64,000 nucleotides of DNA, from contig CAWFOM010000028.1 of assembly GCA_963817385.1 (NCBI GenBank), positions 18,393-82,392 on the forward strand, read 5' to 3'. Shown here piece by piece: positions 1 through 9,354 of the stretch. The notes under the pieces are model-generated. The model had not been told where the DNA came from. It ran no database searches and was given only the letters and a program-made list of their open reading frames with translations. Source of the stretch: an uncultured delta proteobacterium (GTDB lineage: Bacteria > Desulfobacterota > Syntrophia > Syntrophales > UBA5619). How positions within the stretch are numbered: position 1 is the first letter of the stretch; each line of letters opens with the position of its first letter. The position numbers and the translations under genes were made by a program.

Positions 1-125
1 TTCATGATCGTCTTTTCGCTGTGACAGGTCATGCATCTGTTTTCAGCTGCATCAACCGCCGGCGCCGCCATCATGAGCATGAGCGCTGATGCCAGTAAAA
101 TCAGAATCCACTTTGTCTGACTCAT
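1..125 (-). CDS. Exported c-type cytochrome, N-terminal part (runs off window)
   Basis: Manual translation (absent from ORF track): MSQTKWILILLASALMLMMAAPAVDAAENRCMTCHSEKTIM. Signal peptide, CxxCH motif and an AAGGAGG RBS upstream. Confidence 0.8.
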   Translation of the reverse strand, partial: MSQTKWILILLASALMLMMAAPAVDAAENRCMTCHSEKTIM

Positions 126-186
126 CAATCTTCCTCCTTGCTGTCTGTGGGCTTAGCGCCGGCACATCCCATTAGAATGAATCCAT

Positions 187-445
187 TCATCTACTGGTAC
201 GAATTTTCCGGGGATCGATCATTGCCAAGAGTAGTTCCGCCTCTGCCGGGGCAGGCTGATGTATGACTCCCCTGTACCGTGAATGCGCCACAAAAACAAG
301 GGGAATCGTTTGCATACCCATAATCAAAGCGCCGACCGCGGAAGAGCATTGGCACAGCCATAGGCCCGATTTCATCCGACCCGGCGGATGGGTTGCTGCC
401 CATGGGCGCGGTACGATCTCGTCTTCTGCCAATAGCTATTACGGC
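187..445 (-). pseudogene. Degenerate third copy of the small membrane protein family at 2409-2655 and 3115-3354
   Basis: Translates to ...AVGALIMGMQTIPLVFV, versus FGALIVVCQLIPSLVL in the paralog. Preceded by gaaaggggtggcc (paralog gaaaggaggaagccATG) but has no ATG and carries a frameshift. Confidence 0.5.
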
Positions 446-490
446 CACCCCTTTCGCTGAGGACGGATCTCGCCGCTTGCGCCACGTCCT

Positions 491-507
491 TGCAGTGGTT
501 GTGCCAG
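491..507 (-). promoter_or_regulatory. sigma54 (-24/-12) promoter
   Basis: Minus strand CTGGCACAACCACTGCA, a GG-N10-GC match, pointing toward the cytochrome gene. Confidence 0.7.
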
Positions 508-601
508 CTGGTGCCGGTAACGGGAAATAATTGCAGTTAATGGATTTCATTATAATAATATTCGTCAGCGAGGGGAAGATGCTCTGACCGGTCCGGGAAG
601 A

Positions 602-721
602 TGTACGCAATTATTATACACAGGAAAGAGTGCATCCGGAATGCAAATTGGTGAATTGCGGCAACATTCCTGAGATACGCCGCACATTTCTCCGATCGCG
701 GCCTGTATAAAAAAATATACG
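602..721. promoter_or_regulatory. Two candidate enhancer (UAS) sites for the sigma54 activator
   Basis: TGTACGCAATTATTATACA (602-620) and TGTATAAAAAAATATACG (704-721). The second is identical to 3631-3648. Confidence 0.6.
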
Positions 722-909
722 AAGAACTGATCGTAATTTTACGCTTACTATGGTAAAAAGGCGGGGAATGCTCAATCTCACCGATGATGCATTGATTTGA
801 CTAAAGAGTTGGATTGCTATACAAGAAAAAAGGGAGTCACGACAGACGGTTTGTTTTTAGTCATATGTCGCGGGCAAGAGACGACACCGGTATTCCTTAC
901 GATCGAATT

Positions 910-2352
910 ATGGAAAAAGGCAATCAAGAAAAATTGCAGGACGGACGCACCCTCCTGATTGTTGATGATGAGGAGGTGATCAGGGAGGGGATGCGCCGCA
1001 TTCTTACCGCTGAAGGGTATCATGTGGAAACATCGGCCAGCGGACGATCGGCCATCGAGAAAATCCAGGAACAGGATTTCGATGTGGTGATTACGGATCT
1101 GAAAATGCCCGGCATGGACGGGATCGAAGTGTTGAAAAATATAAAGATTCTGCAACCGGAAGTGCCGGTGATCATGATTACCGGTTACTCGACCGTCGAC
1201 ACGGCTGTCGAGGCGATGAAAAACGGCGCCTTTGATTATATCGCCAAACCGTTTACCTCGGATCTGATCATCGATAAAGTACGGAAGGCCGTAGACCATA
1301 AAATAGCCACGACGGAGAGTTTTTCGGTCAAGACAATACCGGGCGACGGCCATGGTTTCGGTGACTTTATCGGCGAAAGCGTCGAGATGCAGAAGGTCTA
1401 TCGCCGGATCATGCAGGTGGCCCCGACCGACAGTACGGTATTGATCACCGGCGAAAGCGGGACGGGCAAGGAACTGGTGGCACGCGCCATACACAAGAAC
1501 AGCGCCCGGCATGACCATCCCTTCGTTGCAGTGGACTGCACGTCTCTTCCGGAAACCCTGCTGGAGAGCGAGCTGTTCGGCCATGTAAAAGGTTCATTCA
1601 CGGGTGCCATCCACAGCAAGACGGGACTATTCAAGGTGGCCGACGGGGGCACCCTGTTTCTGGACGAGGTTTCCAATATAAGCCTCGCTACCCAGGCGAA
1701 ACTCCTCAGAGTTCTGCAGGAGCGCGTGCTGACCCCCATCGGCGATACCCGGCCGGTCCCGATCGATATCCGCCTCGTGGTGGCCACCAATGTAAACCTG
1801 CGGGATATGGTGGCCAAGGGCACCTTCCGGGAGGATCTGTTTTTCCGCATCAACGTCATTCCGGTCAATCTTCCCCCCCTGCGGGAGAGGAAGGGAGACC
1901 TGCCGCTGTTGATTCTTCACTTTTTGGGCAAGTTTTCCGAAGAGATCGGCAAGGAGGTGCGGGGTCTGGCGCCCGATGCCATGGCGGTGCTGGAGGGATA
2001 CGCCTTTCCGGGCAATGTCCGCGAATTGGAGAATATCCTGGAGAGGGCGGTTGTCCTGTGCGAGGGTGACGTCATCCAGAAGGCAAACCTGGAATTGAGA
2101 TCCGCGGAAGAGGAAAGATATCCGGATCCGGATATCGTCCCGCTCAGTCTTGAGGAGTTGAAGGAGACGAAGAAACAGATCCGCGAGCGGGCGGTGGAAC
2201 CGATTGAAAAGGCGTTCGTTATCAACGCCCTCAAACGGAATAACTGGAATGTTTCGCAGGCGGCGGAAGAAACAGGGATGCTTCGTCCGAATTTTCATGC
2301 CCTCCTGAAAAAACTGGGCATATCCGTAAAGGATGAGCAAAATAACCAGTAA
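910..2352 (+). CDS. sigma54-dependent response regulator (NtrC/AtoC family; REC-AAA+-HTH)
   Basis: Receiver (LIVDDE, DLKMPG), Walker A GESGTGKE, ESELFGH..GSFTGA loop and Fis-type HTH. Start placed at ATG 910. Confidence 0.95.
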   Translation: MEKGNQEKLQDGRTLLIVDDEEVIREGMRRILTAEGYHVETSASGRSAIEKIQEQDFDVVITDLKMPGMDGIEVLKNIKILQPEVPVIMITGYSTVDTAVEAMKNGAFDYIAKPFTSDLIIDKVRKAVDHKIATTESFSVKTIPGDGHGFGDFIGESVEMQKVYRRIMQVAPTDSTVLITGESGTGKELVARAIHKNSARHDHPFVAVDCTSLPETLLESELFGHVKGSFTGAIHSKTGLFKVADGGTLFLDEVSNISLATQAKLLRVLQERVLTPIGDTRPVPIDIRLVVATNVNLRDMVAKGTFREDLFFRINVIPVNLPPLRERKGDLPLLILHFLGKFSEEIGKEVRGLAPDAMAVLEGYAFPGNVRELENILERAVVLCEGDVIQKANLELRSAEEERYPDPDIVPLSLEELKETKKQIRERAVEPIEKAFVINALKRNNWNVSQAAEETGMLRPNFHALLKKLGISVKDEQNNQ

Positions 2353-2363
2353 CCGTTAAGGCC

Positions 2364-2396
2364 CGCTTACCCAGCGGGAAGCCGCAGGGTAAGCGC
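2364..2396. terminator. Hairpin between convergent genes
   Basis: cgcttaccc...gggtaagcg inverted repeat just after the regulator stop codon. Confidence 0.55.
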
Positions 2397-2408
2397 TCGC
2401 GGACGGAT

Positions 2409-2655
2409 TCAGGGTTGATCGGCAGGACCGGGGGCGGGTTGTACGGGTTCCTTTTTTATCCCTTTTGCAAATCCCAGCAGCATCAGTACGGCGGGAATAA
2501 GCTGAGCGACCACGATCAGGGCGCAGAAAGCCAGGAATATCCAGACAAACAGATTGCTGTTATCCTCCCGACGCGGTTTCGGCCCACAGCGGGGCGGCAC
2601 TGAAAAACAGCGCGATAGCCGGGGCGATCGTTTTAACGCGTGCTATCTGTTTCAT
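2409..2655 (-). CDS. Small membrane protein (FLxFxALIVVxQLIP family), one frameshift
   Basis: ATG at 2655 with GGAGG RBS gives MKQIARVKTIAPAIALFFSAAPLWA..., continuing in the ORF-track frame REDNSNLFVWIFLAFCALIVVAQLIP. Confidence 0.75.
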
Positions 2656-2678
2656 AATTTCCTCCTGAGGCGGTTCGT

Positions 2679-3086
2679 TCAGTTCGCGTGCGCTCTTCTT
2701 GCATAATCAGTCCTGGTCAGGCTTTCCATGGCGCACTTTACCACCTGCCTGATTTCTTCTTCGTCCTCCGGTTCCGCCGGCCGCAGGGCATGATAGAAAA
2801 TTCCCTCTTTGCGGACTTTCCTTATCAGGGGCAGGGGCGCGTCATCGGCGATCAGGATGATCATCAGTTTGCGGTTGCATTGTTTCAGGAGCGGCACCAG
2901 CTCTGCGGAGGTGAATTCATCAAGTTCGGTTCCCAGAAGCACAACCTGGGCTGTTTTTTTCAGCACGCCGTGGATGGCCTTTGCGGCAGAGTCCGTTACC
3001 GTCACGTCATAGCCAGCCTCTATCAGCAGATTTGCCATCTGCTTTCGGGTCGCCACATCCTTATCTGCAATGAGCAATCCCAGCAT
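2679..3086 (-). CDS. Stand-alone atypical receiver-domain protein (no phosphoacceptor Asp)
   Basis: MLGLLIADKD...AQVVLLGTEL...FYHALRP shows a REC fold pattern with G at the usual Asp position. Confidence 0.8.
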   Translation of the reverse strand: MLGLLIADKDVATRKQMANLLIEAGYDVTVTDSAAKAIHGVLKKTAQVVLLGTELDEFTSAELVPLLKQCNRKLMIILIADDAPLPLIRKVRKEGIFYHALRPAEPEDEEEIRQVVKCAMESLTRTDYARRAHAN

Positions 3087-3114
3087 GATTTCTATCCCCT
3101 CTCTTGGTCTGGCG

Positions 3115-3354
3115 TCATAACGTCTTGACGCCCGTTTTCGGCATCGTGCTTTTCGCGGCGCTCTCAAAGAGCCCTTTGAGCATCGAATAGAAAAGCACTA
3201 AACTGGGTATCAGCTGGCATACGACAATTAGAGCGCCAAATCCCAGGAAAAGGAGCACCAGCAGGCTGGTGCCTGCCGTCTCTTGGCCGCTGGAAGCCAG
3301 CACCGTTGTTGCCTTGACCAGTATCGCCGTTAAAATCGTTATTATGAGTTTCAT
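3115..3354 (-). CDS. Small membrane protein (paralog of 2409-2655)
   Basis: Signal-like N-terminus plus LFLGFGALIVVCQLIP hydrophobic segment; AAGGAGG RBS. Confidence 0.8.
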   Translation of the reverse strand: MKLIITILTAILVKATTVLASSGQETAGTSLLVLLFLGFGALIVVCQLIPSLVLFYSMLKGLFESAAKSTMPKTGVKTL

Positions 3355-3417
3355 GGCTTCCTCCTTTCATTCGCTGATCGTTCCCGTCACTGAAACTATC
3401 CTTTTGACTTTCTATGT

Positions 3418-3433
3418 TGCAATGGACATGCCA
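3418..3433 (-). promoter_or_regulatory. sigma54 (-24/-12) promoter
   Basis: Minus strand TGGCATGTCCATTGCA, near-consensus TGGCA-N6-TTGCA, about 65 nt upstream of the 3354 start. Confidence 0.85.
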
Positions 3434-3503
3434 TGCGAAGAGTTCCCGGGATTGTCTATTTATCTTATTGTTTTTAATTGCTTTTTTATCAGAGGAGAAA
3501 TGC

Positions 3504-3648
3504 CCCGACAATCATTTTATGTCGGCGATGTATAATAACCCTATACAGGTAAGTGACGAAAAAGAATCAGAACTTGAGGGCTCAGGCAGCTACGCTTGAT
3601 AACTATTGAAGATATTAATAAACGATGATTTGTATAAAAAAATATACG
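3504..3648. promoter_or_regulatory. Candidate UAS palindromes
   Basis: CCGACA-N9-TGTCGG (about 3505-3525), TGTATA-N7-TATACA (3529-3547) and TGTATAAAAAAATATACG (3631-3648). Confidence 0.6.
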
Positions 3649-3749
3649 TCCGGACGGGAATGATTTATAAGGGATAATTGACAATGACAACGAGGTGAGC
3701 CGCTCAGGCGAATTCGATTAAGTCGGATAAGGGTATCAGAGCAGAGTCC

Positions 3750-5342
3750 CTACTGGGCAGGGCTGCTGGCGGCCAGGGTCTCTTTGCCCTGCGGGCGCAG
3801 GGGCAATTTGATGGTAAAAGTCGTGCCTTCGTTAACCTTGCTCTGCACTTCGATCTTGCCGCCGTGCCTCTCGATGATCCCATAGGAAACGGAAAGACCC
3901 AATCCCGTGCCCTTATCGCTTTTCGTGGTGAAAAATGGATCAAATATCTTCCCCAGGTTTTCTTCGCTGATCCCTGCCCCGGTATCGGTTATTTGAGGCA
4001 AGCGTATTCTTCATTTTCCGTATAGGTCTTAATGCGGATGCTTCCGCCGCTGGGCATGGACTGGCTGGCGTTCAGCAACATGTTGATAAAGACCTGTTCC
4101 ATCTGGTTCTCATCGACCGGAATAAGCGGCAAATCCGGCTGATAGTCCCTGACGATATCGATATTGTGAAAGCTTGATTGGCGACCGATGAGGGCGAGGG
4201 TGGCCTCCATGACTTTGTTCAGGGATGCCGGTTTCTTCTGCGGTATCGATTCACGGGAAAAATCAAGCAGCCCCTTGACGATCTTTGCGCATCGCTGGGC
4301 TTCGTTGATGATGACATCAATGTCGCTTTTCAAGGATCGGGTCCAACTGAGGACTTTGGCTGGTCAAGTTGGCGAACATCAGGATGCCCGTGAGAGGATT
4401 ATTGATCTCATGGGTAATGCCGGCCACCAGTCTTCCGAGGGAAACCAATTTTTCCGAACGGATCAACTGGGTCTGCATCTGCTTGATTTCGCGCGTTCTT
4501 TCTGCCACCTTCGCCTCAAGATTCTTCCCCCATTCTTCCCGTTCCATCCTGGCACTCTTGAGGCTGGCCGTCATCTGATTGAAGGCTCGGAAAGTTCGCC
4601 CATTTCATCGCGAGATACATTTTGCACCAGGGCATCGAGATCTCCCTGGGCAATTCTTTTGGTTTGCGTCAAAAGGTTCTTTACGGGACGATTTACCAGG
4701 CGATGGGTAAAGAAGGTGATGGCCAGAGAAATGGACAACAGCAGAAAAATCGTCAGAAAAATGATTTTGTTACGGTAATAGCCTATCAAGCGTATGCATG
4801 TTTTCCAGGGAAACGATGATGTCCAGGACGCCCAAAATCCTTTGCTTGGGCGGGTGAAAGTGGCATGATGACAGATAACAGCTTTTTTCGTTGTAGATGG
4901 CCTTGGCCATGCCCACCACCTGCTTGCCCTGCTTATCAAAAAAAACCCGGCTCCTGTTCATCGTGGAGGCTTGCACTTTCGGTTCACCGCTGGTGTGGCA
5001 CATGTTGCAGCCGGCCTCTGTTTTGTCGAGATACCTGCCGATTTCCTCTTTTTCCGTCGAGAAGGTTATATTGCCGCTTTTATTGATCATCCGGATATGC
5101 TCGACCCCCTGCAGCGTGCCTACTTCCTGGATCATTTCATAGGCCCTTTGCCGGTTATCCTCCAGCATTTCATAATGGGTGGTTTTGATGATGGTTTCGC
5201 TTAATTTGTCGGCATCGGAGATCGCCGCTTCCAGGAGCATGGTCTTGAGGGTGGCAATATTGATGTAGGCAAAAAACACCATGAAGACAAGCAGGATGAG
5301 GCTGGTGCCGATGGTCAATTTGGAAATCAGGCTGATACGCAA
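3750..5342 (-). CDS. Membrane sensor histidine kinase with periplasmic CxxCH motif, HAMP, HisKA and HATPase; split by about 4 indels
   Basis: Fragments give TM1, CNMCH and [11 protein letters not shown]2/HAMP, H-box [11 protein letters not shown]-box [10 protein letters not shown] and G-boxes DTGAGI...GTGLGL. Confidence 0.9.
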
Positions 5343-5658
5343 AAGTTTTGTTCCCCGAGTTACAGGTGACTTTCATGCTGTCCGTCAGCGCATTATAACC
5401 GCACAAAATACCGGATGATATTAATTTATCGGGAAATGATAGTCAAGGCAGATGTTTGTTTGGTCAGATGTTCGGTGCCAGCCGCCCCGGGGAGGAGTGC
5501 CGATTTTTTTCATTGCTTTTTACAATCCTATGTATTAAAAAAATATACTTTTGTCTTATTACAGCATTATCAACTCATGCACACAAAGCCTGCGTGCAAC
5601 GCCAGAGGGTTTTCTGCACGCGGCTTTTCATTTATTCGCTGTTTGCAGGAGGCTTAGT

Positions 5659-7507
5659 ATGTTGAAGATCATTTCCCGTGCGTCATCCGTGATCTTGCTC
5701 GTTTTGCTGTCAGCCAGCCCCCTGTGTGCTGAACAGGGTATGGCTGTTGATCCGGCCACCTGCCTCGGTTGCCACGGCGATAAGATCTCCGCGGCTGCTT
5801 TTGTTGCTTCCGTTCATGGAAAAAATGGCTGCAACAGCTGCCATATCCAGCTTACCGACCTTTCCCGGCACGTGAAAGGTGAAATCAAAATGGAAAAGGT
5901 CAGGTGCGAGCGCTGTCATAAAAAGGAAAATGCCGAGCATTATGCCAGCGTGCATATTCAGAAGGATGTCCAATGTGCCGATTGCCACACCGACATACAC
6001 TCGCACCGGTACTGGAAAAATGACAAGCGGGTTGTCGTTGCCAAGTGCATCCAGTGCCACGACCAGGAGGCGGTTTACCGGCAATCGATCCACGGGCAGG
6101 CGGTGGCGGCAGGCAATCAGGATTCTGCCGCCTGCAATGATTGTCACAATCTCCACGATATCAAGCCGATGAATGACCCGAAGTTCCATACCGACCGGGT
6201 ATTCCATACCAAGGTCTGCCTGAAGTGCCACAGCGACGAAAAGATGATGAAACGCAACAATGTCTTCAATGTGGCGACGAGCACCTACATGGACAGCTAT
6301 CACGGGAAGAACTATCGACTCGGTTATCCGGAAAAGGTCGCCGGGTGTTCCGATTGCCATACGGCCCATTCCGTGCAGAAGGCGGCGGATCCGCGCTCCA
6401 CCGTCAATCCGGCCAATCTGGTGACCACCTGCCGGCAGTGCCATGAACACGCCACGACAGAACTTTACAAAATTCTATGCCCACGGGGAGCACACGGACC
6501 GGGCGAAATATCCGCTCCTGTACTGGACCTTCATATTGATGGTCAGCCTTTTGGTCGGCACCTTCGCCGTCTTCTGGGTCCATACGCTCCTCTGGCTCTA
6601 CCGGGGATTCGTGGAGAACCGGGAAAAAGCGGCGCTTCTCGAGGAAGGGGCTGTTCCGCATGTACCCGGCGGCTTCAACCAGTACCGCCGTTTCAACGGC
6701 CGCCAGATTATCCTGCATATCCTCGTCATGGTCAGTTTCCTCGGCCTCGCCTTGACCGGATTGCCGCTTAAGTTCAGCGATCAGGAATTGTCAAGACTCC
6801 TTATGGCGCTGTTCGGCGGGGCCGCAAATGCCGCCTTGATCCACCGGATATGCGCCGTGATTACCTTTGTCTATTTCCTTTCGGCAAATTACCTGTGCAT
6901 CCATTTCCTCTTTATCCGGAAGGATATCCCGGGCAACTGGATGGAGCGGCTGCTCGGTCCGGACTCGCTGTGTCCCAATGAGCGGGATATCAAGGATATC
7001 ACGGGGATGATCCGCTGGTTCTTTTTCAAGGGGCCGAAGCCGACCTTCGAGCGCTGGACCTACTGGGAGAAGTTCGATTTCCTGGCGGTCTTCTGGGGCA
7101 TGTTCGCCATCGGCGGCTCCGGCCTGATGCTCTGGTTCCCGGAGTTTTTCGGCAGCTTCCTGCCCGGCTGGATGTTCAACCTGGCGACCATCGTCCATTC
7201 CGATGAGGCCCTGCTCGCCACGGGCTTCATCTTTACGGTCCATTTCTTCAATACCCACTTCCGCCCCGAGAAATTTCCCATGGACTTCGTCATCTTCAAT
7301 GGTCAGCTGTCGAAACATGAGTTTATCGAGGAACGTCGGGATCAGTGGCAGCGTTACGAGCAGGAGGGAACCACCGAACAGTTCAAGGTTACGAAGAGAA
7401 AAGGGGTGTTCTTCGATTTCTTTTTCAAGGGATTCGGCTTTCTGGCCCTTTTCGTGGGGATTGCCCTCCTGTTCATGATGCTTTACGCCTTCCTGGCGCC
7501 GCATTAA
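5659..7507 (+). CDS. cbcL: CbcL-like inner-membrane cytochrome (9 heme-c motifs fused to a cytochrome b domain); one frameshift near 6455
   Basis: Signal peptide, then CLGCH, CNSCH, CERCH, CADCH, CIQCH, CNDCH, CLKCH, CSDCH, CRQCH, then a multi-TM cytochrome b domain (LTGLPLKF, WTYWEKFDF, VHSDEALLATGFIFTVHFF). AGGAGG RBS. Confidence 0.8.
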
Positions 7508-7649
7508 ACCCGCCGTCAGGTGGGAAGCAGGGGCTCTTTTTATTTGACGAGGGGCAAGGCCGTGTTATACCGGAATCGGCGGCCGTTTGTCCGGGCAAGT
7601 GTGATGAGTTTAGAAAAAGAATACCGTATAAGAGAAGCAAGGAGGGATC

Positions 7650-9179
7650 ATGCCGGCAAAGCGGAATGACATACTGGGTTATTTCTTCAATATCATAAGC
7701 CTCATCGGGATGATACTGGCCACAATGGCCACCGGTCTCATCATCGTACTGCTCTCCGTGGAGCTGATAACCGGCGTGGAGAGCCCTTATCTGGGCGTTC
7801 TGGTGTACTTCATCTTCCCCGCCATGCTCATCCTGGGCCTGTTTCTGGTGCCCGTCGGGGCTTACCGCGTCAGACGGCAGCGCCGCATGGCGGCGCCGGA
7901 GACCATTCCTCCGTATCCCGATCTCGATCTGAATGACCGCCATAAGCGCCGGCTGTTCGTCTTCTTTATCCTCGGCACAGTTGTCTTTGTCCTTATTATT
8001 TCCATCGCGGCACTCAAGGGGTACCATTTTACCGAGTCTGCCGACTTTTGCGGAAAGCTCTGCCACACGGTCATGACGCCGGAATACACCGCCTGGAGCA
8101 AATCTCCCCACGCCAGGGTTCGATGTGTCGAGTGCCACATCGGACCGGGGGCGAAATGGTACGTCAAGGCGAAGATCTCCGGTCTGAAACAGATCTATGC
8201 CGTGGTGGCCCATACCTACTCGGTACCCATCGAAACGCCAATCACTAATCTGCGCCCGGCACGGGATATCTGCGAGCGCTGCCACTGGCCGCAAAAGTTC
8301 TATTCCGGACGCCAGAAGGTATTTTATCACTATGCGCCCGATGCAAAGAACACGGCCCGGGAGATCAACATGCTGGTCAATATCGGGGGGACGCCGAAAA
8401 GCCCCACCGCCATGGGTATTCACTGGCATATCGGCAGCGAGGTGTTGTACATCGCCCGGGACAAGAAACGGCTTGACATCCCCTATGTTGCCGTCAAGGA
8501 TAAAGACGGGAAGATAACCGAGTACAACGATGAGCATGAACCTCTTTCCAAGGAAGCGATCGCCAAAGAGGAAAAGCGTCTCATGGACTGTATCGACTGC
8601 CATAACCGCCCGACCCATATCTACCGTTCACCCGGGCAGGAAATGGATGAAAATTTTGTTTCAGGCCATATCGACCCCGCGCTGCCTTTCATCAAGAAGG
8701 TAGCGGTGGATCTCCTCACCAAACCGTACAAGACCAGGGAAGAGGGCAAGGCAGCGATTGCCAGCGGTATCGAGGGATTCTATGCCAAGAACTACCCGAA
8801 GGTCGCCGGTGACAAAGCCGCAGCAATCAGGCAGGCCATCGAGGGTGTGCAGGATATTTATGACCGGAACTTCTTCCCGAATATGAAGGTTGCCTGGAAC
8901 ACCTACCCGGACCATATCGGCCATTTCTATACTCCCGGCTGTTTCCGTTGCCACGACGGGAAGCACAAATCCCAGGACGGGAAGGTCATCTCCAAGGACT
9001 GCGACCTCTGCCATACCGTTCTCAACCAGAAACAGGAAAACATCCGGCCCGGGACGAAGGTGACAGGATTTGTCCATCCGACGGATATCGGCGACAGCAT
9101 GGTCGCCCTGAATTGCAGCGAATGTCATTCGGCCGGCGGGGAAGATGTGCCGGGCGGCGGGAGCAGCAAGGGGAAGTAA
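7650..9179 (+). CDS. imcH: ImcH-like NapC/NirT-family multiheme quinol dehydrogenase (7 hemes)
   Basis: Three N-terminal TM helices, then CGKLCH, CVECH, CERCH, CIDCH, CFRCH, CDLCH, CSECH. Motifs LRPARDICERCHWP and DCHNRPTH resemble Geobacter ImcH as I recall it. Confidence 0.85.
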   Translation: MPAKRNDILGYFFNIISLIGMILATMATGLIIVLLSVELITGVESPYLGVLVYFIFPAMLILGLFLVPVGAYRVRRQRRMAAPETIPPYPDLDLNDRHKRRLFVFFILGTVVFVLIISIAALKGYHFTESADFCGKLCHTVMTPEYTAWSKSPHARVRCVECHIGPGAKWYVKAKISGLKQIYAVVAHTYSVPIETPITNLRPARDICERCHWPQKFYSGRQKVFYHYAPDAKNTAREINMLVNIGGTPKSPTAMGIHWHIGSEVLYIARDKKRLDIPYVAVKDKDGKITEYNDEHEPLSKEAIAKEEKRLMDCIDCHNRPTHIYRSPGQEMDENFVSGHIDPALPFIKKVAVDLLTKPYKTREEGKAAIASGIEGFYAKNYPKVAGDKAAAIRQAIEGVQDIYDRNFFPNMKVAWNTYPDHIGHFYTPGCFRCHDGKHKSQDGKVISKDCDLCHTVLNQKQENIRPGTKVTGFVHPTDIGDSMVALNCSECHSAGGEDVPGGGSSKGK

Positions 9180-9272
9180 GTTACCCTGAGCGGACGGGTT
9201 CCTCATGAGGGGAGAGGCAGTACATGAAGCCGGCCGGTGTGTAGGCCGGGATCAGTGAAAACAGGGCACAAC

Positions 9273-9299
9273 AAAAGGCGGGGGTCTCCCCGCCTTTTT
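9273..9299 (+). terminator. Intrinsic (possibly bidirectional) terminator
   Basis: aaaaggcgggg-gtct-ccccgccttttt. Confidence 0.7.
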
Positions 9300-9354
9300 A
9301 CACCAGAGCGCGCAGACCTCGCACCAGAGCAAAAGATGATGCAGGGAGGAGAAG

